A stretch of 64,000 nucleotides of DNA from Mesoflavibacter sp. (lineage in GTDB: Bacteria > Bacteroidota > Bacteroidia > Flavobacteriales > Flavobacteriaceae). The stretch lies in assembly GCA_034110465.1 (NCBI GenBank), contig JAWUZD010000012.1:80017-144016 (forward strand), given 5' to 3'. Under the pieces are notes generated by a model. That model saw only the letters and a program-made list of their open reading frames with translations, was not told the DNA's origin and did no database searches. Positions 9,189-19,233 of the stretch are shown in pieces; position 1 is the stretch's first letter; the number at the start of each line of letters is the position of its first letter. The translations under genes were made by a program, and so were the position numbers.

Positions 9189-12100
9189 ATGAAATATTGT
9201 CTTTTTATAATTCTCTTCTTTATAGGCTGTGTTGCGTTTTCGCAAGATGAGTTACAAGAGGTGAGTTCAAAAAAAATGGCTGTTTCAGATACTATTACAA
9301 TAGAACCATTTAGTATTAGATCTTATCAATTTAAAGTAACTACAAAAAGTGGGGAAATTATAGATTCTACAAACTACAGTATAGATTTTAGTAGCGCTAC
9401 CTTAAAATTAAAAAATACTATTGATTCTGATAGTATTATTATAAATTACAGAAAATACCCAGAATTTATTACTAGAATATATCGAGGTTTAAATACTGAT
9501 TTGATTGTTGAAAATAATAGTAATCAAGAAAAATTATATAAATTTCAGGAACCCACAGAAGAAAAAACATTTAAACCTTTTGATGGATTAAACACGTCTG
9601 GAAGTATCTCTCGTGGTGTTACCGTAGGAAATAATCAGAACTCTGTTTTAAATAGTGAATTAGACTTACAAATTTCGGGGAAACTAAACGATAAAATTAC
9701 ATTACGGGCAAGTATTCAAGATGCGAATGTGCCATTACAACAAAGTGGTTATTCTCAGCGTTTAGATGAATTTGATCAAATTTTTATAGAACTTTATACT
9801 AATAAATGGTCTATAAGAGCTGGAGATATAGATCTCCAAAACAACACCTCTTATTTTGCCAATTTTAATAAACGTGTTCAAGGTTTATTACTAGCTGCAA
9901 ATATTGGAAATGAAGCTAACGAGACAAAAATTTTTGCTGCTGGTGCATTAGTTAGAGGTCAATTTCAAACCTACCAATTTACTGCACAAGAAGGAAATCA
10001 AGGTCCATATAAATTACAAGGTGGAAATGGAGAATTATTTGTATTAATTGTGTCTGGAAGCGAAACTATTTCTGTTAATGGAATTGCATTACAAAGAGGA
10101 GAAAACAAAGATTACATTATAGATTATAATGCTGGAGAACTAATTTTTAACTCCACTTATCCTGTGACTTCAGAAATGCGTGTTAACGTAGATTTTCAAT
10201 ATAGTGAGCGTAATTATTCTAGACTTGTTGTTTATGCTGGTGGGGAACATAAAGGTGAAAAACTTCAAGTTTCTGCTTCTGTATATTCTGAAAACGATTC
10301 TAAAAACAACCCATTACAACAAAATATAAGCACTGAACAAATAACTACTTTAAGTGAAGCTGGAGATAACCAAGCACTTATGACAACAAATTCTGAAATT
10401 GCCGAAGCTTATAACGAAAATCGTATTTTATATAAGAAAGATGTTGTTGGAACAGAAACTATTTATGTTTTTTCTACAAATCCTGCAGATGAATTATTTA
10501 GCGTTCGTTTTACTAATGTTGGGCAAAACAATGGAGATTACAACATAACAAGTTCTAATGCCATTTCTAATATTTTTGAATATGTTACGCCAATTTCTGG
10601 TATTTCTCAAGGAAGTTATTCACCAATAGTACAACTTATTGCACCAACAAAATTACAAATAGCTACTGTAAATGGTAGTTACGAATTTAATGAAAAAACA
10701 AAAGCATTGTTTGAAATTGCTGCAAGTAAAAACGATTTAAACTTATTTTCTGATATAGACGATGAGAACAATAACGGATTTGCAGGAAAGCTAAATTTAA
10801 CCAGAGACTTAATTAAAAAAGACCGTCTAAATCTATTATCTGTTTATACTGATGTGGATTTTATAAATAAAGATTTTAGAAATATTGAGGGTTTGTATGA
10901 AGTAGAATTTAATAGAAACTGGAATATAAATCAGCCTAGAAGTAATCAACTAAACACAAATTTAGGAGATCAGCTTCTAGCAACTTCCGGTATATTTTGG
11001 ACTAAAAAAGACAAACTAAATGTAAATTATAAATTTGAATATTTAGACTTTGAAGAAAATTTTAAAGGAAGCAAACACAATATAAGCTCCAATTACAAAC
11101 ACAAAAAACTAAACATTAATACAAACACAAGTCTTTTAAACACCGATGAAGTTAATGCAGAATCTCGCTTTTTTAGAACCAACAATAGAGCAATTTATAG
11201 ACTAGAAAAGCAATGGTTTGGAGCTGAATTTTCTTCCGAAGAAAACAAAAAAAGAATAAAAGACACAAAATTACTTACCAATTTAAGTCAGCGATTTATT
11301 GCATACAATGCCTTTACAGGAATTGGTGATAGTACAGGTGTTTTTACAGAAATTGGCTACAAGTATCGTATTAACGATAGTTTGGTTAATAACAAATTAG
11401 AAGAAGTAAATAAAAGTAACACTTATTATGTAGACTCTAAATTAATAGAAAACTCAAAAACTAATTTAAGTCTATTTGTAAACTACAGAACGTTAAACTA
11501 TTCCGCAGAAAACATCTCTTCAGAAAACTCATTAAACTCCAGATTACAATATAATCAGAAATTTCTAAAAGGATTTGTTCAAAGCAATACGGTTTTCGAA
11601 ACCAATTCTGGCGCTATTCCAAGACAAGATTATACTTATGTTCAAGTGGAATTAGGTCAAGGTTCTTATGTCTGGATAGATTATAACACTAATAGTATTC
11701 AGGAATTAGAAGAATTTGAAGTTGCGCCTTTTCAAGATCAAGGCGAATATCTTAGAGTACTTTTTCCAAATCAAAATTTCTTAAAAACACATCAAAATAG
11801 ATTGAGTCAAACTTTAATATTAAATCCAACAAATTGGGTTAATTCTGAAAATAAAATTAGTAAAATTTTATCCCATTTTTATAATCAAACCAGTTACTTA
11901 ATTGACCAAAAAACAGAACGAAAAGGAGATAACTTTAACCTAAATCCTTTTAGAAAAAACGAAGAAGATATTTTAGGCTTACAACTTAACTTTAGAAACA
12001 CATTGTTTTTTAATAGAGGAAAACAAAAATACACCACAAGTTATTCTTATTTAAACAACTCTACTTCTAATACCTTAACCTTTGGATTTATAGAAAACGA

Positions 12101-12629
12101 ATTAACAAGTCATATTCTAAATTTTAATCACAAAATTAAAAATAGTTGGCTAGTTACTATTGAAACAATTTTAAGTAATAGTATTAGTGAAAGTGAAAAC
12201 TTTAGTAGCAAAAATTTTAATATTGATAGCGAAACATTTTTCCCAAAACTATCTTATTTACTTACCGAGAACACACATTTTGATGTGTTTTATCAATATT
12301 TAAACAAAAATAATACCATTGGAAATTTAGAAGCCTTACAACAAAATAAATATGGCTTAAGTTTTGGACTAACTCCAAAAGATGCTATTAAAGGTACAGT
12401 AAGTGGAGAATTTAATGTAATTAACAACACCTTTTCTGGAAACACAAACTCGCCAGTTGGTTATCAATTACTAGAAGGTTTACAACCAGGTAGAAATTTA
12501 ACTTGGAGTGTTATTGCGCAAAAGAAAATCACCAAATACTTAGACTTAAATTTAACTTATTTTGGTCGAAAAACAGAAACCAGTAGAGCAGTTCACACAG
12601 GAAATATTCAGTTAAAAGCTTATTTTTAA
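9189..12629 (+). CDS. very large conserved hypothetical protein, probable outer-membrane beta-barrel
   Basis: 1146 aa with an N-terminal signal peptide (FFIGCVAFSQ). Composition is N/S/T/Y-rich with alternating residues throughout. The C-terminus ...TGNIQLKAYF ends in the aromatic residue typical of OMP beta-barrels. I recognise no catalytic motif. Confidence 0.45.
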   Translation: MKYCLFIILFFIGCVAFSQDELQEVSSKKMAVSDTITIEPFSIRSYQFKVTTKSGEIIDSTNYSIDFSSATLKLKNTIDSDSIIINYRKYPEFITRIYRGLNTDLIVENNSNQEKLYKFQEPTEEKTFKPFDGLNTSGSISRGVTVGNNQNSVLNSELDLQISGKLNDKITLRASIQDANVPLQQSGYSQRLDEFDQIFIELYTNKWSIRAGDIDLQNNTSYFANFNKRVQGLLLAANIGNEANETKIFAAGALVRGQFQTYQFTAQEGNQGPYKLQGGNGELFVLIVSGSETISVNGIALQRGENKDYIIDYNAGELIFNSTYPVTSEMRVNVDFQYSERNYSRLVVYAGGEHKGEKLQVSASVYSENDSKNNPLQQNISTEQITTLSEAGDNQALMTTNSEIAEAYNENRILYKKDVVGTETIYVFSTNPADELFSVRFTNVGQNNGDYNITSSNAISNIFEYVTPISGISQGSYSPIVQLIAPTKLQIATVNGSYEFNEKTKALFEIAASKNDLNLFSDIDDENNNGFAGKLNLTRDLIKKDRLNLLSVYTDVDFINKDFRNIEGLYEVEFNRNWNINQPRSNQLNTNLGDQLLATSGIFWTKKDKLNVNYKFEYLDFEENFKGSKHNISSNYKHKKLNINTNTSLLNTDEVNAESRFFRTNNRAIYRLEKQWFGAEFSSEENKKRIKDTKLLTNLSQRFIAYNAFTGIGDSTGVFTEIGYKYRINDSLVNNKLEEVNKSNTYYVDSKLIENSKTNLSLFVNYRTLNYSAENISSENSLNSRLQYNQKFLKGFVQSNTVFETNSGAIPRQDYTYVQVELGQGSYVWIDYNTNSIQELEEFEVAPFQDQGEYLRVLFPNQNFLKTHQNRLSQTLILNPTNWVNSENKISKILSHFYNQTSYLIDQKTERKGDNFNLNPFRKNEEDILGLQLNFRNTLFFNRGKQKYTTSYSYLNNSTSNTLTFGFIENELTSHILNFNHKIKNSWLVTIETILSNSISESENFSSKNFNIDSETFFPKLSYLLTENTHFDVFYQYLNKNNTIGNLEALQQNKYGLSFGLTPKDAIKGTVSGEFNVINNTFSGNTNSPVGYQLLEGLQPGRNLTWSVIAQKKITKYLDLNLTYFGRKTETSRAVHTGNIQLKAYF

Positions 12630-12704
12630 TAAAACATCTAAAGTAGTTTTAAAACATCTTTTTTTATATATTGTACCAAATTTTAAAAACACAAACTACC
12701 ACTT

Positions 12705-13496
12705 ATGAAAAAATTTGCTCCTTTACATATAGCTTTAGCTATATTTTGCCTTGCATTTACTACTAGTTATGCTCAAGACAAGCCAGTAAAAACCTTATTA
12801 AACTCATATATAAAATATAATAATACTTTAAACGATAGTACAAGTATTACTAAATTAGGAGATTTAATGCACGAGAAGTTTAACAACAATACTACGTATG
12901 TTGGTTTAACAGGTGCTTTAAAAAGATATACTTCTAACTTAGAGGAAACTAAAATTGAACTAAAAGACAAAGCTAAAGACAATAACTACAATTTTAAACT
13001 GACTTTAAAAGATGTTGTTTATGAGTCTCAAAAAGAAAAAGCAGGAACTATTTCTGGTGTTGTAGAATTTGTATCTACTATAGACGGACAAATTACTGAA
13101 AAAGGTACTATCCTTATTAATTTAGTAGCTACTAAATATGTTGGCGACTGGAAAATTATTCAGATTAATACCGTTAAAATTTCTGAACGTAGCGAAGTTG
13201 GTAACTGTGTAAGTTATTTATTTTCTAACGGAAACTCTTACTTTAACTCAGAAACTTATTATCCTGCAGGAGTAAAATACAACAGAGAATTTCAATCATT
13301 TAGAATTGGTAAATCTCAAGGTGAACGTGCTATTGTAAATAGAGGAGATAATAACAAAGCATTTATCTGGAAAGAAAATGGAGATGTCTATAATGGAAAA
13401 GAACTAATTGGTAAAGCTGAAGAAGGAAAAGATGCCATTAAATTAGTTATTCAAAATGCATACTCTAAAACATGTACAGAGTTTACTTTTAATTAG
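12705..13496 (+). CDS. secreted hypothetical protein
   Basis: 263 aa with a signal peptide (ALAIFCLAFTTSYAQ). It lies 75 nt downstream of the 1146-aa gene on the same strand and is followed by a strong terminator. I recognise no motif. Confidence 0.6.
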   Translation: MKKFAPLHIALAIFCLAFTTSYAQDKPVKTLLNSYIKYNNTLNDSTSITKLGDLMHEKFNNNTTYVGLTGALKRYTSNLEETKIELKDKAKDNNYNFKLTLKDVVYESQKEKAGTISGVVEFVSTIDGQITEKGTILINLVATKYVGDWKIIQINTVKISERSEVGNCVSYLFSNGNSYFNSETYYPAGVKYNREFQSFRIGKSQGERAIVNRGDNNKAFIWKENGDVYNGKELIGKAEEGKDAIKLVIQNAYSKTCTEFTFN

Positions 13497-13542
13497 TACT
13501 TAGTTGCTAGTCTTTTAGAGATTAGAAAACTATTGCTTAATA

Positions 13543-13584
13543 AAAAAACTCCCAAAACTGAAGTTCAGTTTTGGGAGTTTTTTT
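13543..13584. terminator. bidirectional hairpin terminator (12705-13496 unit vs glyQS)
   Basis: AAAAAACTCCCAAAACTGAA-gt-TCAGTTTTGGGAGTTTTTTT: a 15-bp perfect stem with A and T flanks, between convergent genes. Confidence 0.85.
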
Positions 13585-13626
13585 ATGGCGTTAATCTAAA
13601 AATTAACACATTAATATATTACGAAT

Positions 13627-15168
13627 TTACATTCGCTTCAACCAATGTTTTACATCTACTTCTTGAGCAATAATATCTTTTAAATCTGCTATAGCAACAC
13701 GTTTTTGCTCCATAGTATCTCTATGCCTAATAGTAACCGTTTGGTTTTCTATAGTGTCATGATCTACAGTAATACAAAATGGTGTTCCTGCAGCATCTTG
13801 ACGTCTATAACGTTTTCCAACAGCATCTTTTTCATCGTATGCTACATTGAAATCCCATTTTAAATCTTCAACAATTTGTTTTGCTATTTCTGGTAATCCA
13901 TCTTTTTTAACTAATGGAAAAATAGCGGCTTTTGTTGGTGCTAAAACTGCTGGTAATTTTAAAACTGTACGTGTTGTATTATTTTCTAATTCTTCTTCCA
14001 TTAAAGAAGACGAGAATACAGCTAAAAACATACGATCTAAACCAATAGACGTTTCTAATACGTATGGTGTATAACTTTTGTTTTCTTCGTGATCAAAGTA
14101 TTGTAATTTCTTACCAGAATGTTCTTCGTGCGCTTTTAAATCAAAATCTGTACGAGAATGTATTCCTTCTAATTCTTTAAACCCAAAAGGAAACTTAAAC
14201 TCAATATCAGATGCTGCATCTGCGTAATGTGCTAATTTTTCGTGGTCATGGAAGCGATAATTTTCCGCACCTAAACCTAAAGAATTATGCCATTTTAAAC
14301 GATTTTCTTTCCAAAAATCGTACCATTCCATTTGAGTTCCTGGTTTAATAAAAAATTGCATTTCCATTTGTTCAAACTCACGCATTCTAAAAATAAATTG
14401 CCTTGCAACAATCTCATTTCTAAACGCTTTTCCTGTTTGAGCAATTCCAAAAGGAATTTTCATACGTCCCGTTTTTTGAACGTTTGCAAAGTTTACAAAA
14501 ATACCTTGCGCTGTTTCTGGTCTTAAATACAAATCCATTGCAGATTCTGCACTTGCTCCTAGTTTAGTTCCAAACATTAAGTTAAACTGCTTAACATCTG
14601 TCCAGTTTCTACTTCCAGAAAGTGGACAAGCAATTTCTAATTCTTCTATTAAAGCTTTAACATCGGCTAAATCTTCGTTAGTTAAAGATTCGCCTAAACG
14701 CTTTAAAATACTATCTATTTTATCTTGATACCCCTTAACTCTGCCGTTAGTAGCTACAAATTCCTCTTTATTAAAATCATCACCAAAACGTTTTGCGGCT
14801 TTAGCAACTTCTTTATCTATTTTAGCTTCAATCTTAGCACAATAATCTTCTACTAAAACATCTGCTCTGTAGCGCTTTTTAGAATCTTTATTATCTATTA
14901 AAGGATCCGAAAACGCATCTACATGACCAGAAGCTTTCCACGTTTTTGGATGCATAAAGATAGATGAATCTAAACCAACAATGTTGTCGTTTAATTGCAC
15001 CATTGCTTTCCACCAATAATCGCGAATGTTCTTTTTTAATTCTACTCCATTTTGTGCGTAATCATATACTGCACTTAATCCATCGTAAATTTCACTACTC
15101 TGGAAAATGTAACCATACTCTTTTGCATGAGAGATTACTTTTTTAAATTGATCGTCTTGATTTGCCAT
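13627..15168 (-). CDS. glyQS: glycine--tRNA ligase (dimeric class II, GlyQS type)
   Basis: 513 aa. YGYIFQSSEIYDGL...YDY...G..LK.NI...WW, LRPETAQGIFVNF, FGIAQ.GK.FRNEI, GLDR, and a C-terminal anticodon-binding domain. Confidence 0.95.
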   Translation of the reverse strand: MANQDDQFKKVISHAKEYGYIFQSSEIYDGLSAVYDYAQNGVELKKNIRDYWWKAMVQLNDNIVGLDSSIFMHPKTWKASGHVDAFSDPLIDNKDSKKRYRADVLVEDYCAKIEAKIDKEVAKAAKRFGDDFNKEEFVATNGRVKGYQDKIDSILKRLGESLTNEDLADVKALIEELEIACPLSGSRNWTDVKQFNLMFGTKLGASAESAMDLYLRPETAQGIFVNFANVQKTGRMKIPFGIAQTGKAFRNEIVARQFIFRMREFEQMEMQFFIKPGTQMEWYDFWKENRLKWHNSLGLGAENYRFHDHEKLAHYADAASDIEFKFPFGFKELEGIHSRTDFDLKAHEEHSGKKLQYFDHEENKSYTPYVLETSIGLDRMFLAVFSSSLMEEELENNTTRTVLKLPAVLAPTKAAIFPLVKKDGLPEIAKQIVEDLKWDFNVAYDEKDAVGKRYRRQDAAGTPFCITVDHDTIENQTVTIRHRDTMEQKRVAIADLKDIIAQEVDVKHWLKRM

Positions 15169-15329
15169 ACTACAAAAATATAAAAACTATGGTTATTTAT
15201 CTCGCTTTTTAGAATGATAAACGTTTAAAATCTAAACATCTTAAAATATTTTATAGTTTTAAATTTTATATATAAGAATCGTTTTAATTATATTTTTCGT
15301 AAATTGAAGTGTATCAGCAACATAGACTT

Positions 15330-16010
15330 ATGCTAAAAGCGCTTTTTAATTTGTTTTTCCCAGAAGTTTGCTTGGCTTGTATTCAACCTCTTTTAGATAA
15401 TGAACTTACTATTTGCACTAATTGTAGACACAATTTACCAGTGACTAATTTTCATTACAACGACACTAATAATTTAGTAAAGAAAGCCTTGTATGGTAGA
15501 GCCGAAGTTGAACAAGCTACGTCTTTATTTTATTTCGAAAAAAAGAGTATTGTTCAGCAGTTAATACATCAATTAAAATATAAAAATCAACCCATAATAA
15601 GTGATTTTCTTGGAAATTGGTTAGGTTCAGAACTATCTAATTGTAATGATTATAAAAATATTGATGTTGTAATTCCTGTGCCACTGCACTATAAAAAACT
15701 TAAAAAAAGAGGCTATAATCAAGTTGAAGGTTTTGGAAAAACTCTGGCTAAACATTTAGAATGTACTTATTTGGATAATGTACTTGTAAAAACAACTAAT
15801 ACATCTTCTCAAGTTAAAAAAACACGTTTAGAACGTTGGCAGTTAAAAAAGGAATTGTTTACCACACAAAACTTAGACCTTATTAAAAACAAACATATCT
15901 TACTGGTAGACGACATTATTACTACTGGTGCAACTTTAGAAAACTGTATTATAGAACTAAACAAAGCACATAATATTAAAATTAGTATTGCTGTTATGGC
16001 AATAGCATAA
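15330..16010 (+). CDS. comF: ComF family protein (phosphoribosyltransferase domain)
   Basis: The track ORF starts at GTG 15309. I prefer ATG 15330 (MLKALFNLFFPEVCLAC). There are N-terminal Cys pairs (C.AC...C..C) and a C-terminal PRTase motif (ILLVDDIITTGATL). Confidence 0.8.
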   Translation: MLKALFNLFFPEVCLACIQPLLDNELTICTNCRHNLPVTNFHYNDTNNLVKKALYGRAEVEQATSLFYFEKKSIVQQLIHQLKYKNQPIISDFLGNWLGSELSNCNDYKNIDVVIPVPLHYKKLKKRGYNQVEGFGKTLAKHLECTYLDNVLVKTTNTSSQVKKTRLERWQLKKELFTTQNLDLIKNKHILLVDDIITTGATLENCIIELNKAHNIKISIAVMAIA

Positions 16011-16070
16011 GTTGTTTTTCGTTAAAAGCTAAATAAGTTGTTTCTTTGTTTTAGAATTTAGTTTAGGTTT

Positions 16071-17681
16071 ATGAAAACACGTATTTACAATACTTTATTT
16101 CTAGTAATTATTCTTGCTATTATTTTAAATTGTGCCAACAGAGGAAATCCATCTGGTGGCGATAAAGATGTGTTACCTCCAAAAATAACAAAATCTGAAC
16201 CAGAAAATTTTAGCACTAATTTTAAAGGGAAAGAAATCCGTATTTACTTTGATGAATATGTTAAGATTAAAAATCTAAGCAAACAATTAATTATTTCTCC
16301 ACCAATGGATATTGAGCCAGAAATAACACCTTTAAGTACTGCTAGCAAGTATATTAAAATTAAATTAAATAGTGATTTAGAAGAAAACACAACCTATAGT
16401 TTTAATTTTGGAAATAGTATTGTAGATAATAACGAAGAAAACCCATTTCCGTTTTTTAAATATGTTTTTTCTACAGGAACTTACATAGACTCTCTAAAGG
16501 TTCACGGGAAAATTAGTGACGCTTTTGATAGAAAAGTAGAACCATTTGTAATTGTTAATTTATACGAAAAAGATAGTACATATAAAGATTCTGTAGTGTA
16601 TTTAAAGAAACCTAAATACATGACTAACACACAAGATAGCACGACTAATTTTAAAATAGAAAACATAAAAGCTGGAACCTACAAGTTAGTTGCTATTAAG
16701 GATAATAACGAAGATCAAAAATTTCAGCAAAAAGGAGACAAAATAGGTTTTATTGAAGATTTTATTACTGTTGGACAAGATTCTACTTTTTACGATATTA
16801 AATTATTTAAGGAAGCAATAGATGATAAGGCTTTAAAGCCAAGGTTAGTTTCTGGGGAGAATATTACTTTTGGTTTTGAAGGTGATTACACAAATTTTAA
16901 GATTCAAACGCTTTCTGAAACACCAAAAGAATTTGAGTCTGTAGTTATTAAACAATTTGAAAAAGACAGCTTAAATTATTTTTACAAGCCTAAATTAGAA
17001 CAAGACTCTTTAATCTTTAAAGTGACTAATTCTAAAAAGATTGACACATTTACAGTTAGAATTAAAGACAATAGACGCGATACTTTAAAAATAACTGACT
17101 TAAATAAAGGTAAGATTCGTTTAGACGAAAACTTTAGAATAAATGCTAACATTCCATTTTCTAAAATAGATCCAGCCTTTATTAAAATAATGGATAAAGA
17201 TTCTGTTTCTGTAAGTTTTAAAACTGACTTAGATGTTTTAGAAAACACGTATAGCTTCAATTTTGATAAAACCGAAGACAATAAATATACTTTAGATTTA
17301 TTACCAAATGCCATAACAGACTTTTTTGGTAAAACGAATGACACGTTACAGTTTAGAGTTACTACTAAAAAACTAGATAGCTACGGGAATAAAAAAGTTA
17401 ATTTAAAAAATGTAACATTTCCTGTTTTTGTTCAGCTTGTAGATAATAAAAACGAAATTAAATATAGTGTTTACATTAAAGAAAAAACACAACCTATTGA
17501 ATTTCTCAATACTGAACCTGGCATTTATTATCTAAGAGTCCTTTTTGACACCAATAAAAATGGCATTTACGATGCTGGAAACTACTTAAAACAAGAACAA
17601 CCAGAACGTGTAAGTTATTCCAATGAAGAAGTAGAAGTTAGAGCAAGTTGGGACGAAGAGATTGAATTTACTTTAGATTAG
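16071..17681 (+). CDS. Ig-like domain-containing lipoprotein (conserved Bacteroidota hypothetical)
   Basis: 536 aa with lipobox ILNCANRG. The N-terminal PSGGDKDVLPPKI..SEPENFSTNF motif is typical of the SbsA-Ig-like lipoprotein family of Flavobacteria. The remainder is beta-rich. Confidence 0.55.
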   Translation: MKTRIYNTLFLVIILAIILNCANRGNPSGGDKDVLPPKITKSEPENFSTNFKGKEIRIYFDEYVKIKNLSKQLIISPPMDIEPEITPLSTASKYIKIKLNSDLEENTTYSFNFGNSIVDNNEENPFPFFKYVFSTGTYIDSLKVHGKISDAFDRKVEPFVIVNLYEKDSTYKDSVVYLKKPKYMTNTQDSTTNFKIENIKAGTYKLVAIKDNNEDQKFQQKGDKIGFIEDFITVGQDSTFYDIKLFKEAIDDKALKPRLVSGENITFGFEGDYTNFKIQTLSETPKEFESVVIKQFEKDSLNYFYKPKLEQDSLIFKVTNSKKIDTFTVRIKDNRRDTLKITDLNKGKIRLDENFRINANIPFSKIDPAFIKIMDKDSVSVSFKTDLDVLENTYSFNFDKTEDNKYTLDLLPNAITDFFGKTNDTLQFRVTTKKLDSYGNKKVNLKNVTFPVFVQLVDNKNEIKYSVYIKEKTQPIEFLNTEPGIYYLRVLFDTNKNGIYDAGNYLKQEQPERVSYSNEEVEVRASWDEEIEFTLD

Positions 17682-17707
17682 TCTAAACTGAAAAATTATT
17701 TTTTTCT

Positions 17708-17731
17708 CATTCTTCGCCACTACGCAGAATC
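17708..17731 (+). repeat. short 3'-UTR hairpin motif, copy A (CATTCTTCGCCACTACGCAGAATC)
   Basis: Imperfect palindrome ATTCTTCG-ccacta-CGCAGAAT, 27 nt after the stop of 16071-17681. Related copies lie at 56761-56781 (+) and 61846-61865 (-), each just 3' of a stop codon in the sense orientation. Confidence 0.4.
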
Positions 17732-17780
17732 TACAATACTATATTAGTACTCAGATTTGAATCCGACAGAAAAACATCTA

Positions 17781-18569
17781 TTAATCTAAACGCATTTCAA
17801 AATCATCCATATCGTTTAAGAAACCAAGCTTTTTTCTTGTGGTTTCTATATGGGTTTTAGATAAGGTTACTATTTCAATGCCTGCTTTATAAGCTTCTAA
17901 TTTTGATTCTTTTTCGCCTAAAACATTATAGACCGCAGAATCTCCGGAATATTCATAGTTGTTTGCATCCAAACCTACTCTATTTACACCAATACAATAA
18001 CTCATATTTTCTATGGCACGTGCTTTTAATAGTGTTTTCCAAGCCTGAATACGTTGTTTTGGCCAATTAGCTGTATAAAGTAGAACATCGTAATTCTCAA
18101 CGTTTCTAGCAAAAACAGGGAAACGTAAATCGTAACAAATTAATGGGCAAATTTTAAAGCCTTTATACTCTATAATTAGCTTTTTATTTCCTGACGTATA
18201 AACCTTGTTTTCTCCAGCTAAAGTAAAACTGTGGCGTTTATCGTAATAATTTATAGTTCCGTTTGGCTCTACAAAGACTAGCCTATTTCTATACGTATTA
18301 TCAACTTTAATAACCAAACTACCAGTTATGGCCAAGTTGCATTTTTTGGAAAGTTGTTTTAACCAAGTTATGGTTTCTCCTTCCATAGTTTCTGAAACGT
18401 TTTCTGGATTCATAGTAAAACCAGATGTAAATAATTCTGGTAAAACTATAAAATCTGCTTTACCAGAAATCAATTCTATTTTTGAAGTGAAATTGAGTCG
18501 ATTTTGTAGCGGATTTTCCCAAACTAAATTAGATTGAATTAAAGCAACCTTTAAGCTGGCTTCTTTCAT
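17781..18569 (-). CDS. yafV: omega-amidase / carbon-nitrogen hydrolase, YafV-like
   Basis: The track ORF extends to 18653 and would overlap the upstream gene. I prefer Met29 (MKEASLKVALIQSNLVWE) at 18569. It is collinear with E. coli YafV as I remember it: LPE.FTSGF.M, FYDKRH.F, ICYDLRFPV..RN...YD..LY.ANWP..R...W..LL.ARAIEN..Y..G.NRVG. Confidence 0.85.
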   Translation of the reverse strand: MKEASLKVALIQSNLVWENPLQNRLNFTSKIELISGKADFIVLPELFTSGFTMNPENVSETMEGETITWLKQLSKKCNLAITGSLVIKVDNTYRNRLVFVEPNGTINYYDKRHSFTLAGENKVYTSGNKKLIIEYKGFKICPLICYDLRFPVFARNVENYDVLLYTANWPKQRIQAWKTLLKARAIENMSYCIGVNRVGLDANNYEYSGDSAVYNVLGEKESKLEAYKAGIEIVTLSKTHIETTRKKLGFLNDMDDFEMRLD

Positions 18570-18576
18570 TTTAAAA

Positions 18577-19077
18577 TTATAATTTTTGATATTTACGCTC
18601 GTAATCGCTAGCTTTCTTTTGTAATTCCTCAAGTTTCTCTTTCCAATCTTCAATATCGTTTGGAGATAACTTCCCTTTTTTTAATTTTCTTTCGTATTTG
18701 TTTTGTGCGTTTTTTAAATCGTCTTTAGCGTCTATATAACTTTTTCTTGCACGGTTTCGTTCTTCTATTTCCTTTTCTATTTTGTCTTGTTTTTTTTCAG
18801 CCTTCTCTTGTGCTTTTTCTAATTTATCTTGTTTTTTCTCTAAAGCATCTTGCTGATCTTCTATTTCTTTTTCAGCGTCTAAACGATCTTCTAATGTATT
18901 TAATACATTTTGTTTTTCTTCCTTAGATAAACTTTCAGTAACATCTACATCTCCTTTAAAAATTGATGTTCCTTTAACCGTATATATACTTCCATCTGTA
19001 GTAATTACTTTATCGGTAGAACCGCAAGAAAAAGCTAAAACAACAAATACTATGGGTAATAATTTCTTTAGTTTCAT
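18577..19077 (-). CDS. lipoprotein with K/E-rich coiled-coil C-terminal half
   Basis: 166 aa with lipobox VLAFSCGS. The second half is EKE/QDK low-complexity heptads (EKKQDKLEKAQEKAEKKQDKIEKEIEERNR). Confidence 0.55.
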   Translation of the reverse strand: MKLKKLLPIVFVVLAFSCGSTDKVITTDGSIYTVKGTSIFKGDVDVTESLSKEEKQNVLNTLEDRLDAEKEIEDQQDALEKKQDKLEKAQEKAEKKQDKIEKEIEERNRARKSYIDAKDDLKNAQNKYERKLKKGKLSPNDIEDWKEKLEELQKKASDYERKYQKL

Positions 19078-19233
19078 TTAGTGGTTTATTTATCAGGTTA
19101 AATATATTAAACCCTTTTAAAAGCTCACAATCTTTAGTAAAATATTATGAAGTTTTACTAATAAAAGAAGTTTTAAGGTTTTTTACTGTTCTCTTAATTT
19201 AATATATTGCTAGTTCAAAATAGATATAATTAT

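Noticed and set aside
15173-15180. CAAAAATA (reverse complement TATTTTTG, a TAnnTTTG match) 5 nt upstream of the glyQS start, as a promoter.
   Set aside because: It is too close to the start codon to be confident, since it would require a leaderless mRNA. The match is also likely by chance in A/T-rich DNA, so I did not list it as a feature.
17781-18653. Long form of the YafV-like ORF (290 aa) starting at 18653.
   Set aside because: The first 28 codons (MKIGKRNLRNYKRKLAITSVNIKNYNFK) overlap the 3' end of the upstream lipoprotein gene and have no counterpart in YafV. Met29 at 18569 aligns with the family N-terminus. Similar N-terminal trimming was applied at 15309->15330, 19207->19234, 34467->34428, 34547->34598 and 48305->48308.
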